This document shows positions 22,301-32,000 of a DNA stretch of 64,000 nt, in pieces. The notes beneath the pieces were generated by a model, which saw only the letters and a program-made list of their open reading frames with translations, was not told the origin of the DNA and made no database searches. Source of the stretch: Coriobacteriia bacterium (GTDB lineage: Bacteria > Actinomycetota > Coriobacteriia > Coriobacteriales > Eggerthellaceae); the NCBI GenBank assembly GCA_030536315.1, contig JAUNQF010000004.1:14244-78243 (forward strand), read 5' to 3'. Both the position numbers and the translations under genes were made by a program. Within the stretch, counting starts at the first letter, position 1, and the number at the start of each line of letters is the position of its first letter.

Positions 22301-22915
22301 ACGACGAGTTCTGTCGATAAATACATTTAAGCACTCGTATTTATCGGTTTCATATTCCAACCATGCACCATGATCAGGAATAATCTTTGCGCCATAAACG
22401 CGCTTGCCGCTCATCTTCTCAATTTCTGTTGAGAAATAAACGCCAGGTGAACGGACCAACTGCGAAACAACAACACGCTCAGTACCGTTAACGATAAATG
22501 TTCCGCGATCAGTCATTTGTGGGAAATCGCCCATGAATACTTCGTGTTCAGAGATTTCGCCAGTTTCAAAATTCGAATACTTAATCTGGACATACATCGA
22601 AGATTGATAAGAAACGTCCTTTTTCTTACATTCCTCAGTGTCGAACTTTGGTTCTTCGAATCTTGGTTTGCTAAACTCAATTGACATAGTGTTTGAGGTT
22701 GACACGGTTGGGTTCATGTCATTTAAAACCTGCTCTACGCCATGATTGATAAACCAATTAAAACTCTCGGTTTGAACACCAATCAAGTTTGGCATTTCCA
22801 TAACTTCTGGAATTTTTGCAAAACTTTTACGTGTTCGGATGTTGTTTTTTGAGGTTTTCTTTGGTTTAACAACCTGAGAAGCTTTTGAAGTTTTCGCTGA
22901 TTTTTTGTCTGCCAT
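19319..22915 (-). CDS. rpoB: RNA polymerase beta subunit with an acidic C-terminal tail
   Basis: ORFs 20099..22927 and 19319..19975 are in frame, joined by a single TGA at 20099 (LGWAAK-W-GWSENP). ATG at 22915 follows AAGGTGG. The TAA overlaps the rpoC ATG by 1 nt. Confidence 0.95.
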
Positions 22916-23034
22916 AAAAACAGCCACCTTTCTACTATATTGAACTCCAAATTTTATCTATCTTTACCTGCGCTTTTGCAGAGGCTTTCGTAACCGAATT
23001 TTTGCTCCCCTGCGAATTGCGCACCAAAGATGAA

Positions 23035-23063
23035 ATTAAACTACAAAAACGAACAAAAGTCAA
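23035..23063 (-). promoter_or_regulatory. Candidate rpoBC promoter TTGACT-17-TTTAAT
   Basis: On the minus strand, TTGACT (23063-23058), a 17-nt spacer and TTTAAT (23040-23035), about 120 nt upstream of the rpoB ATG. Consensus match only. Confidence 0.4.
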
Positions 23064-23302
23064 GGAAAATCTCAACTTTTTTTATTTTCTGCCCGCGGTC
23101 AGTACTCGATTGACTATGGGAAAAATTTACAAGAAAAAAATCACAAAATTTTGTGTTTTTCGCAAAGTTTTCGGCACAGTTTACACTACATTTGCTAAAA
23201 TCGGTTTTGCTATGTTAAACACTAAAATTTTATACGGAGACAATGAGTAAGGCGGCCTTTGCACAAAGCGTTGCAAACAACAGGCTCCAGTAGCCCTACA
23301 TA

Positions 23303-23331
23303 AGCACCCAAAATAGAGGGTGCTTTTTTTA
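23303..23331 (+). terminator. Intrinsic terminator hairpin inside the purE 5' leader (attenuator candidate)
   Basis: GCACCC (23304-23309), loop AAAATAGA, GGGTGC (23318-23323), then TTTTTTT. It lies immediately upstream of the AGGAGG RBS and purE ATG at 23351. Confidence 0.6.
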
Positions 23332-23350
23332 TTGTCTACAAGGAGGAAGT

Positions 23351-23833
23351 ATGAAAAAAGTTGGCATTGTTATGGGAAGTGACAGCGATCTTCCAATTGT
23401 TGAAAAGGCAACAAAAACCTTAGATGAGCTTGGAATTACCTATGAAACTCACATTTATTCGGCACACAGAACTCCTGACGAAGCCAAGGAATTTGCTGTT
23501 AACGCACGCAAAAATGACTTCGGAGTTTTAATTGGTGTAGCTGGAATGGCCGCCCACCTTGCAGGCGCGTTGGCCGCAAACACTACCCTTCCAGTTATCG
23601 GAATACCCTGTAAAGGTCCAAATTTGGACGGAATTGACGCGCTTTTATCAACAGTTCAAATGCCAAGCGGAGTCCCTGTTGCGACAGTAGCAATTGACGG
23701 AGGCAAAAATGCTGCTCTTTTGGCAGCTCAAATACTTGCTGTCGAAGACACAGACCTCGCTGCAAAATTAGACAAGATAAAAAGCGAGAACGCTAAAAAC
23801 GTCCTCGCTAAAGATAAAAAACTTTCAAATTAA
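23351..23833 (+). CDS. purE: N5-carboxyaminoimidazole ribonucleotide mutase
   Basis: [19 protein letters not shown] and GMAAHLAG motifs. 160 aa. Confidence 0.9.
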   Translation: MKKVGIVMGSDSDLPIVEKATKTLDELGITYETHIYSAHRTPDEAKEFAVNARKNDFGVLIGVAGMAAHLAGALAANTTLPVIGIPCKGPNLDGIDALLSTVQMPSGVPVATVAIDGGKNAALLAAQILAVEDTDLAAKLDKIKSENAKNVLAKDKKLSN

Positions 23834-23843
23834 AGGAGAAATT

Positions 23844-24530
23844 ATGAGCGAAGAGTTAATTTATTCTGGAAAAACAAAAGACGTTTTTAAGATGGAAAAC
23901 GGCAATGTTCGTCTTAAATTCAAGGATGATTGCACTGGTAAAGATGGCAAATTTGATCCTGGCGAGAATTCAATTGGCCTTACCATCGAGGGGGTTGGAG
24001 ACGTTAATTTGCGTATGTCAATCTACTTCTTCGAAAAAATCAATGCTGCGGGTATCAAAACTCACTATGTTAGCGCCAATCTTGATGACACAACCATGGA
24101 AGTTTTGCCTGCTAAAGTATTCGGCAAAGGCCTTGAGGTAATTTGCCGCTACCGTGCTGTTGGAAGTTTCTATAAACGCTATGGCGATTACATCGAAGAA
24201 GGCGCCGAACTTCCTGCATATGTCGAGATGACTTTCAAGGACGATGACAAGGGCGATCCGCTTGTAACTAAAGACGGCTTGATTGTTCTTGGAACTATGA
24301 ATGACAAACAATACGAAGACATCAAAAAGATGACTCAAGACATCACAAAAATTGTTGCTGATGACTTGAAGGAAAAAGGCCTTGACCTTTACGATATTAA
24401 ATTTGAATTTGGCTACGATGAAAATGGCGATGTAATGCTTATCGACGAAATCGCTTCGGGCAACATGCGTGTCTACAAAGATGGCGAATACATCGAGCCA
24501 ATGAAACTTTCGGAATTGTTCTTTGCGTAA
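23844..24530 (+). CDS. purC: SAICAR synthetase
   Basis: 228 aa starting [11 protein letters not shown]... Position in the pur operon supports the call. Confidence 0.85.
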   Translation: MSEELIYSGKTKDVFKMENGNVRLKFKDDCTGKDGKFDPGENSIGLTIEGVGDVNLRMSIYFFEKINAAGIKTHYVSANLDDTTMEVLPAKVFGKGLEVICRYRAVGSFYKRYGDYIEEGAELPAYVEMTFKDDDKGDPLVTKDGLIVLGTMNDKQYEDIKKMTQDITKIVADDLKEKGLDLYDIKFEFGYDENGDVMLIDEIASGNMRVYKDGEYIEPMKLSELFFA

Positions 24531-24545
24531 AGTTTAGGAGATGTA

Positions 24546-25970
24546 ATGGGTGGATTTTTTGGAATTACCTCGAGACGTGCTTGTATAGCCGACGTTTATT
24601 TTGGCGCAGACTATCACACTCACCTTGGAACTCACAGCGGCGGAATGGCTGCTTATGACAAGAAAATAGGCCTTCAGCGAAAAATTCGTCACATCGATAG
24701 CGCTCCGTTTAGAACTCAACTTGCGGACTGCCTTGAATCGATGCACGGAAATGCCGCGATTGGTTGCATTAATGACAACGAACCTCAACCTATGTTGATC
24801 CGTTCAAAACATGGAGCTTATGCCATAAGTTTTGTCGGCAAAATTATCAACAAGGAAGAGATCATTAAAAAATATTTAAGTTGCGTTGGCGGTCACTTCG
24901 ATGCGATGACAGGCGGAAACGTCAATTCATGCGAACTTGTTGCCGCGCTCATCGACCAAAAAGATGGACTTACCGAAGGTATAACTTTCGCGCAAGATTT
25001 AATCGAAGGCACGGCATCCATTCTTGTGCTAACCGACAAAGGTGCACTTTACGCAGCTCGCGATAAGCTTGGTCGTCTCCCCGTTCAAATTGGTAAGAAC
25101 GGAAAGGGCCATGCGGTCTCGCTCGAATCCTTCCCATTAGAAAAACTTGACTTTGAAATCATCAAAGAACTTGGCCCTGGAGAAATTGTAAAACTCACTC
25201 CTGGCAAAATGATTCAAATGAAAAAACCCGGAAAGACGAAGAAAATTTGCTCCTTCCTTTGAAGTTATTATGGCTATCCTACCAGCACTTACGAAGGAAC
25301 AAACGTCGAGATGATGCGTTACAAAAATGGTTCTTTGTTAGCGGATAGAGACAAAAATCAAAAGTGAATCAAGAACCTTGATTATGTTGGCGGCGTTCCA
25401 GACTCGGGCGTCCCTCATGCAATTGGATATGCTCACAAATCGAAGGCGCCTTACGCTCGTGCCTTTATTAAATATACGCCAAGTTGGTCTCGAAGCTTTA
25501 TGGGTTCAAAGCAAAGCGAGCGAAACAACGTTGCGAAGATGAAGCAAATCCCTGTTACAGAGTTAATCAAGAACAAGGAACTTCTCTTCGTTGATGATTC
25601 TATCGTTCGCGGAACTCAGCTTCAGAAGACCGTTAACTTCCTATATGAAAATGGTGCGAAGGGTGTTCACATGCGTTCTGCCTGCCCACCAATTATGTTT
25701 GGGTGCAAGTATTTGAATTTCACGCGTCAAACAAGCGATATGGAACTGCTCACAAGAAAAACAATCCTTAAGCTTGAAGGAAAGAAAGGTTTGGAACACC
25801 TCGATGAATATATCGACGGCTCAACCAAGCGAGGTAAAAAACTTCGCAAGACAATTTGCGATGACCTTGGATTCAAATCTTTGAAATTCCAATCGCTTGA
25901 CAATGTCATAAAGGCCATTGGGCTAAAGCCTTGTGACCTTTGCACGTATTGCTGAAACGGAAAGGAATAA
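24546..25970 (+). CDS. purF: Amidophosphoribosyltransferase-like protein (N-terminus MGGFFG, no Cys1 nucleophile)
   Basis: One frame with TGA at 25260, 25365 and 25953. PRT motif LLFVDDSIVRGTQ and a C-terminal Cys cluster CDLCTYC-W-NGKE, then TAA at 25968. Confidence 0.8.
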
Positions 25971-25971
25971 A

Positions 25972-27015
25972 GTGGTTGCTAATTCTAAAAGCGATGCTTA
26001 CGCAAGCGCTGGTGTAGATATTACCGCAGGTTATAAGGCTGTTGAGCTCATGAAACAGCACATTGCGAAAACCATGACTCCTGGCGCCCTGTCTGATATT
26101 GGGGGCTTCGGAGGTCTTTTCGAGCTTGACCTAAATGGAATCGAAAAGCCTGTCTTGGTCTCTGGAACAGACGGCGTTGGAACTAAACTCAAGCTTGCTT
26201 TTTTGCTTGACAAGCACAACACAATTGGAATTGACTGCGTTGCGATGTGCGTCAATGACATTATTTGTTGTGGCGCTCGCCCACTTTATTTTTTGGATTA
26301 CATCGCATGCGGCAAAAATGTTCCTGAGAAAATTGCTCAAATTGTCGAAGGCGTAGCAGAGGGCTGCGTCCAATCCGGTGCTGCTCTAATTGGTGGCGAG
26401 ACAGCCGAGATGCCTGGTTTTTACAGCGAAGATGAATACGACCTTGCTGGATATTCAACAGGCGTAGTTGACAAAAATAAAATCATCGATCCAAATAAAA
26501 TGTTTGAGGGCGATGTTATCATCGCTCTCCCATCAAGCGGAGTTCATTCAAACGGCTTTAGTTTAGTTAGAAAAGTTTTCGATGTTGAAAACGAAGACAT
26601 AACTTCGGCCGTTTCAGAACTTGACGGAAAATCAATTGGAGAAACTCTTTTGACTCCAACAAAAATTTATGTCAAACCTGTTTTGAAGCTCATTGAAAAT
26701 GTTAGCGTTAAGGCCATATCTCACATTACTGGCGGAGGCTTTTACGAAAACATTCCACGAAGCATCCCCGATGGCTTCGGTGCAAAAATTGATAAGAGCG
26801 CTGTTAAAGTTCTCCCAATTTTTGACTTAATTGCAAAACGAGGAAATATTTCTGAACACGATATGTTTAACACATTTAATATGGGCGTTGGCATGAGCAT
26901 TGTTGTTCCTGCTAGCGAACAAGATAAAGCGCTTGACATTTTGAAGGCAAACAGCGAAGACGCTTATGTCATTGGCGAAATTGTAAAGTCAGATGAAAAG
27001 ATTGAAATATGTTAG
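25972..27015 (+). CDS. purM: AIR synthetase
   Basis: YASAGVDITAGYKAVELMK...GGFGGLF...VSGTDGVGTK. GTG start after AAAGGAA is assumed. Confidence 0.85.
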   Translation: MVANSKSDAYASAGVDITAGYKAVELMKQHIAKTMTPGALSDIGGFGGLFELDLNGIEKPVLVSGTDGVGTKLKLAFLLDKHNTIGIDCVAMCVNDIICCGARPLYFLDYIACGKNVPEKIAQIVEGVAEGCVQSGAALIGGETAEMPGFYSEDEYDLAGYSTGVVDKNKIIDPNKMFEGDVIIALPSSGVHSNGFSLVRKVFDVENEDITSAVSELDGKSIGETLLTPTKIYVKPVLKLIENVSVKAISHITGGGFYENIPRSIPDGFGAKIDKSAVKVLPIFDLIAKRGNISEHDMFNTFNMGVGMSIVVPASEQDKALDILKANSEDAYVIGEIVKSDEKIEIC

Positions 27016-27599
27016 ATAAACAAGCAAACATAGGAGTATTGGTTTCAGGTGGCGGCACAAATTTGCAAGCCCTAATTGACGCACAAAATTCTGGCATTAT
27101 TAAAAGCGGGAAAATTAGCCTCGTTGTTTCAAATAATCCAGATGCCTATGCCTTAGAGCGCGCCGCAAAAGCTGGAATCAAAACAGCCATTATGGAAAAT
27201 GAAGACCAACTTATTAAGTTGCTTGATGAAGCCAATATCGACCTTATTGTGTTGGCTGGCTTTTTGGCAATCCTGTCAAAAAATTTCACGGATCATTTCA
27301 AAGACAGAATCATTAACGTCCACCCGGCACTCATCCCTTCGTTTTGTGGCGAAGGTTTCTACGGACTCAAGGTTCACGAAGCCGCACTCGCAAAGGGCGT
27401 CAAAGTTAGTGGCGCGACGGTTCACTTCGTTAACGAAATTCCGGACGGCGGACGCATCATTGCTCAAAAAGCTGTTAACGTCGAAGACGGAGATACCCCT
27501 GAAACACTTCAAAAACGCATTATGGAACAAGCTGAATGAATAATACTTCCGCAGGCAACTGAAAAAGTTTGCAACGAGATTATTAGGGGGCAATCATAA
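27009..27599 (+). CDS. purN: GAR formyltransferase
   Basis: IGVLVSGGGTNLQALID, INVHPALIP and SGATVHFV. Reads through TGA at 27537 for 19 more codons to TAA at 27597. Confidence 0.85.
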
Positions 27600-28798
27600 A
27601 TATTACAAGAAGAAATTTTATTTTTGGTGGAGCAGCTACGCTTAGCGCAATCGCCGCTTCGCCAACTCTATCTTCTTGTTCAAGTAACACAATTACTAAG
27701 TCGGGACTGAAAATCGCAAACTTCGAAAGCGATGGTACGGCAGCATTTAATACCGGACTTCAAAACACATACACATCGAATGTTCCAACAACTTTATGTG
27801 TTCTTACAAACAAAAACGGCATGGAGGCATGCATCACAAATCTTGGTGCAAGACTTGTATCGCTAATGGTTCCGGATAAAAATGGAGACTTCAAAGATGT
27901 TTGCTTAGGCTTCGACAACATTGCTGATTACGCAAACATTGACAAGCAAAACAACGTAATGGGTGCCGAAGTTGGTCGAACCATTAACAGAATCGCTAAT
28001 GCAAAATTCACTTATGACGGAATTGAATATCAACTTGAGAAAAATTATCGCGACAAACACAACATTCATGGTGGAAAATTTGGTTTTCACTATCAAACAT
28101 GAAACATCGAAAAGCTAACTTCAGATTCGGTCACACTAAGACTTATTTCGCCAGACGGAGACGGCGGGTTCCCAGGAGAAATGAATGTTGCTGTAACCTA
28201 TACGCTAGGCCCAGAAAATGATTTATGAATCGATGTAATGGCTAAAACTACAAAAGCAAGTCCTTTCAACGTTGCAAATCATACATACTTTAACCTTGAA
28301 GGCGACCCAACAAGAGATTGCTACGACTATCAAATTCAAATATTTTCAAACAAATATATTCCTGCCGGAGAAGATGTAATTCCGCAAAACGAAATCCTCA
28401 TTATACCTGAAGGCGACGTGCTTGATTTTTACTCAAAACCTAAAAGCATGTCCAAAAGCATCGATACTTCGCAAGGAATTTTTCAACACACGAAAGGCTA
28501 TGACTTCCCTTTTATTCTTGAAGCCAACAGAACAATTAATGCTACTGCATATAGTCCTAAATCTGGAATTAAAATGGAAGTTATAACGGACAGGCCAATA
28601 ATAAACTTTTATGATGCGCACGATCTTGATGGAACTATGATCGGAAAAAATAACATTCCATATAACACAATGTGTGCGATTTGCTTAGAAACTCAAGACA
28701 TATCTGATGGCGCTAATAAAAACGACTTTGCGAATACAATTTTAAAACCGGGGCAATGGTATACCTCCTCGGTCGAATATAAATTTTCAGTTGAATAA
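27596..28798 (+). CDS. Aldose 1-epimerase (mutarotase) with a Tat signal and lipobox; non-ATG start
   Basis: The frame is open from 27587. Signal I(N)ITRRNFIFGGAATLSAIAASPTLSSC, then a GalM core (NIHGGKFGFHYQT-W-, FNVANHTYFNLEG). TGA at 28100 and 28226. There is no ATG, GTG or TTG before the conserved core, so ATA at 27596 or ATT at 27602, after the GGGGG SD, is the likely initiator. Confidence 0.7.
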
Positions 28799-28813
28799 TT
28801 TTAGGAGGCATTT

Positions 28814-29536
28814 ATGGAAGACATTTACAAAATTAACAACATCGAAGATTTACTCAGCAACAACACTTATCCGGGACGCGGCTTAATTGTTGGTAAAACT
28901 CCGGACGGAACAAAATCTGTTGCTGCATATTTTATTATGGGACGAAGTGAAAACAGCCGCAACCGTATCTTCGTTGATAAAAACGATGCGGTTTTCACCG
29001 AGCCATTCGACCCAAGTAAAGTTGAAGACCCAAGCCTAATTATTTATGCTGCCGTTAGACATTATGAGCAAAATCTTATTGTTACGAATGGTGACCAGAC
29101 CGACACAATTTACGACGGACTTAAAGCTGGCAAAACTTTTGCTGAAAGTCTTGAGAGCCGTGACTTCGAACCTGATGGTCCAAATTGGACTCCAAGAATT
29201 TCGGCACTTCTAACTTACACTAATGAAGATTTTGATTATCAGATGAACATTTTAAAGAGCATTGACGCCGAAGGAAGTGCAACCGCTCGTCACACTTACC
29301 ACTTCCCAAGCGTTGCTGGACTTGGACATTTCTTACACACTTATGTATGCGACGGAAATCCAATTCCAACTTTCCAAGGTGAACCAGAGCGCATCGCAAT
29401 TGATGATGACATCGAAACTTTTACTAACAAAGTTTGGAATTCGCTTAACGAAGATAACAAAATTTCGCTTTGGGTTATGTACGCCGACTTAAAAACTGGC
29501 GAAACCCAGAAAAAAATTATCAACAAATATTTATAA
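28814..29536 (+). CDS. IMP cyclohydrolase (PurO-like, non-PurH type)
   Basis: YPGRGLIVGKTPDGTKSVAAYFIMGRSENSRNR. 240 aa. Sits directly upstream of a stand-alone AICARFT gene. Confidence 0.75.
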   Translation: MEDIYKINNIEDLLSNNTYPGRGLIVGKTPDGTKSVAAYFIMGRSENSRNRIFVDKNDAVFTEPFDPSKVEDPSLIIYAAVRHYEQNLIVTNGDQTDTIYDGLKAGKTFAESLESRDFEPDGPNWTPRISALLTYTNEDFDYQMNILKSIDAEGSATARHTYHFPSVAGLGHFLHTYVCDGNPIPTFQGEPERIAIDDDIETFTNKVWNSLNEDNKISLWVMYADLKTGETQKKIINKYL

Positions 29537-29545
29537 GGAGGCACG

Positions 29546-30730
29546 ATGAAAGAACTTGAACTCAAATACGGATGTAATCCAAATCAGAAGCCTTCAAAAA
29601 TTTTCATGCATGATGACTCTGAATTGCCAATTGAAATCATGAATGGCAAACCTGGTTACATCAATTTCTTGGATGCTTTTAACAGTTGGCAACTTGTCAA
29701 GGAACTTAAAAATATTTTAGGACTGCCTGCCGCAACTTCATTTAAGCACGTAAGTCCAACTTCAGCAGCTGTTGCTGTTCCTTTAAGCGATGACCTAAAG
29801 AAGGCTTACTTTGTAGATGATATCGAAGGTTTGGATGACTCTCCTATTGGCATGGCTTATGCTCGTGCCCGAGGAACTGACAGACTTTGTTCTTTTGGAG
29901 ACTTCATTGCGCTTAGCGATACATGCGACGAAGTTACAGCCAGCATGATTGCTCGCGAAGTTAGCGACGGAATCATCGCTCCGGATTACACTCCTGAGGC
30001 TCTTGAAATTTTAAAGAGCAAACGCAAAGGTGGATACAATGTTGTAAAAATTGATCCAAATTACGTCCCTGCCGAAAAAGAATACAAACAAGTTTTTGGA
30101 ATCACTTTCGAACAAGGTCGCAATAACTTCGTAATTGACGAAGAGCTTCTTAGCGATATTGTTACAGAAAACAAAGACCTCCCGGACGCCGCAAAGCGTG
30201 ACATGATTTTGTCTTTAATTACACTTAAATATACGCAATCAAATTCGGTTTGCTTTGCAGTGGATGGTCAAGCAATCGGCGTTGGCGCTGGTCAACAAAG
30301 CCGTATTCATTGCACTCGTCTTGCTGGTAGCAAGGCTGACACTTGGTGGTTACGCCAGCACGAAAAAGTGCTGGCGCTTCCTTTCAAAGAAGACATCGGC
30401 CGTCCTGAGCGTGATAATGCAGTGGACGCTTACATTAATAAGAACGAAGAAGACATCTTGGCTGACGGAGTTTGGGAGCGTTACTTCACAGAAAAACCTG
30501 CAGAGTTTACTGACGAAGAAAAGCGCCAATACTTAGACAGCGTTGATGGTGTAAGTCTTGGAAGCGATGCGTTCTTCCCCTTCGGAGACAGCATTGAGCG
30601 CGGAAAGAAATCTGGCGTTAAATATGTTGCCGAACCGGGCGGATCAATTCGAGACGACCAAGTTATTGAGACTTGCAATAAGTACAACATGGTAATGGCG
30701 TTCACAAAGATGCGCCTCTTCCATCACTAA
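29546..30730 (+). CDS. purH: AICAR formyltransferase (PurH C-terminal-domain-only type)
   Basis: MKELELKYGCNPNQKP..., 394 aa. It lacks the MGS-like IMP cyclohydrolase domain. Confidence 0.8.
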   Translation: MKELELKYGCNPNQKPSKIFMHDDSELPIEIMNGKPGYINFLDAFNSWQLVKELKNILGLPAATSFKHVSPTSAAVAVPLSDDLKKAYFVDDIEGLDDSPIGMAYARARGTDRLCSFGDFIALSDTCDEVTASMIAREVSDGIIAPDYTPEALEILKSKRKGGYNVVKIDPNYVPAEKEYKQVFGITFEQGRNNFVIDEELLSDIVTENKDLPDAAKRDMILSLITLKYTQSNSVCFAVDGQAIGVGAGQQSRIHCTRLAGSKADTWWLRQHEKVLALPFKEDIGRPERDNAVDAYINKNEEDILADGVWERYFTEKPAEFTDEEKRQYLDSVDGVSLGSDAFFPFGDSIERGKKSGVKYVAEPGGSIRDDQVIETCNKYNMVMAFTKMRLFHH

Positions 30731-30740
30731 AGGAGACTTT

Positions 30741-32000
30741 ATGAAATTAATGGTTATAGGTTCAGGAGGTCGCGAACACGCCATCATCAAATCGCTCCGA
30801 AAGAGCGCGGGCGTTGACGAGATTTATTGTCTGCCGGGTAATGGAGGGATTGCTCAAGATGCGACTTGTGTTGACATCGGTGCAACTGATATTGATAACG
30901 TCGTAAAATTTGCTGTTGAAGAAAAGATTGATTATGCTGTGGTTGCCCCAGATGATCCTCTAGTCTTAGGAGCTGTAGATGCGCTAAATGCGCAAGGCAT
31001 TCCATGCTTCGGCCCAACTGCTAACGCAGCAATCATTGAAGGCTCTAAAGTTTTTAGTAAAAACCTAATGAAAAAATATGGTATTCCTACCGCAAAATAC
31101 GAGGTTTTCGATGAACCTGCAAAGGCACTCGAATATGTTGAGGAAGCTCCGCTTCCAACAGTCATAAAGGCCGACGGCTTAGCGCTAGGCAAAGGTGTAA
31201 TAATTGCCGAAGACAGAGATGCTGCGCGTCAAGCAATTCGAGAAATAATGGAGAACAAAAAGTTTGGTGACAGTGGAAACCAAATTGTTATTGAGGAATT
31301 CCTCGAAGGTCCCGAAGTATCTGTGCTTTCATTCACAGACGGTAAAACCGTCAAGCCAATGGTTTCGTCTATGGATCATAAACGTGCTAAAGATAATGAC
31401 GAAGGTTTAAATACCGGAGGCATGGGCACCGTTGCTCCAAATCCTTATTACACCGATGCGATAGCATCGCAATGCATGGAACAAATCTTTATTCCTACAA
31501 TTGAAGCAATGAATGACGAAGGCAGAACCTTCAAAGGTTGCTTATATTTTGGTCTAATGATTACAAAAGATGGTCCTAAAGTTATTGAATATAACTGCCG
31601 CTTCGGCGATCCCGAAACTCAAGTTGTCCTTCCTTTACTTGAAGGAGACTTGCTAAAAATTATGCAAGCTTGCACTAATGAAACTCTTGAAAATGTAGAT
31701 GTAAAATTCGCTGATAAGCATGCATGTTGCGTAATTGCCGCAAGCGATGGTTATCCAGAATCTTACGAAAAAGGATTCGAACTTACAATTCCAGAGGAAA
31801 TTGAAGACAACGTTTACGTAGCCGGCGCGAAAGCCGAAGACGGCAAATTGCTAACTAACGGAGGAAGAGTTCTTGGATGCACAGCAATTGCAGATTCGCT
31901 TCAAGAAGCAATCGATAAAGCTTATGAGATGGTTGAAAAGGTAGAATTTGAGAACAAATTCTACCGAACAGATATTGGAAAGAGAGCGTTAAAAGCATAA
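30741..32000 (+). CDS. purD: Phosphoribosylamine-glycine ligase
   Basis: MKLMVIGSGGREHAI...CLPGNGG. 419 aa. The TAA overlaps the purL ATG. Confidence 0.9.
   Translation: MKLMVIGSGGREHAIIKSLRKSAGVDEIYCLPGNGGIAQDATCVDIGATDIDNVVKFAVEEKIDYAVVAPDDPLVLGAVDALNAQGIPCFGPTANAAIIEGSKVFSKNLMKKYGIPTAKYEVFDEPAKALEYVEEAPLPTVIKADGLALGKGVIIAEDRDAARQAIREIMENKKFGDSGNQIVIEEFLEGPEVSVLSFTDGKTVKPMVSSMDHKRAKDNDEGLNTGGMGTVAPNPYYTDAIASQCMEQIFIPTIEAMNDEGRTFKGCLYFGLMITKDGPKVIEYNCRFGDPETQVVLPLLEGDLLKIMQACTNETLENVDVKFADKHACCVIAASDGYPESYEKGFELTIPEEIEDNVYVAGAKAEDGKLLTNGGRVLGCTAIADSLQEAIDKAYEMVEKVEFENKFYRTDIGKRALKA

Noticed and set aside
23002-23250. Track ORF 23002..23250 (+, 82 aa) in the rpoB/purE divergent region.
   Set aside because: It has a TTG start with no RBS, a low-complexity product, and overlaps the rpoB promoter and leader. 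It is more likely non-coding.
23231-23331. A guanine, ZTP or PRPP riboswitch in front of purE.
   Set aside because: I could not find the conserved cores (guanine three-way junction motifs, the ZTP CCGCCUGGGC pseudoknot, the ykkC-type ACGR/GGGA elements). It is left as an unclassified attenuator.
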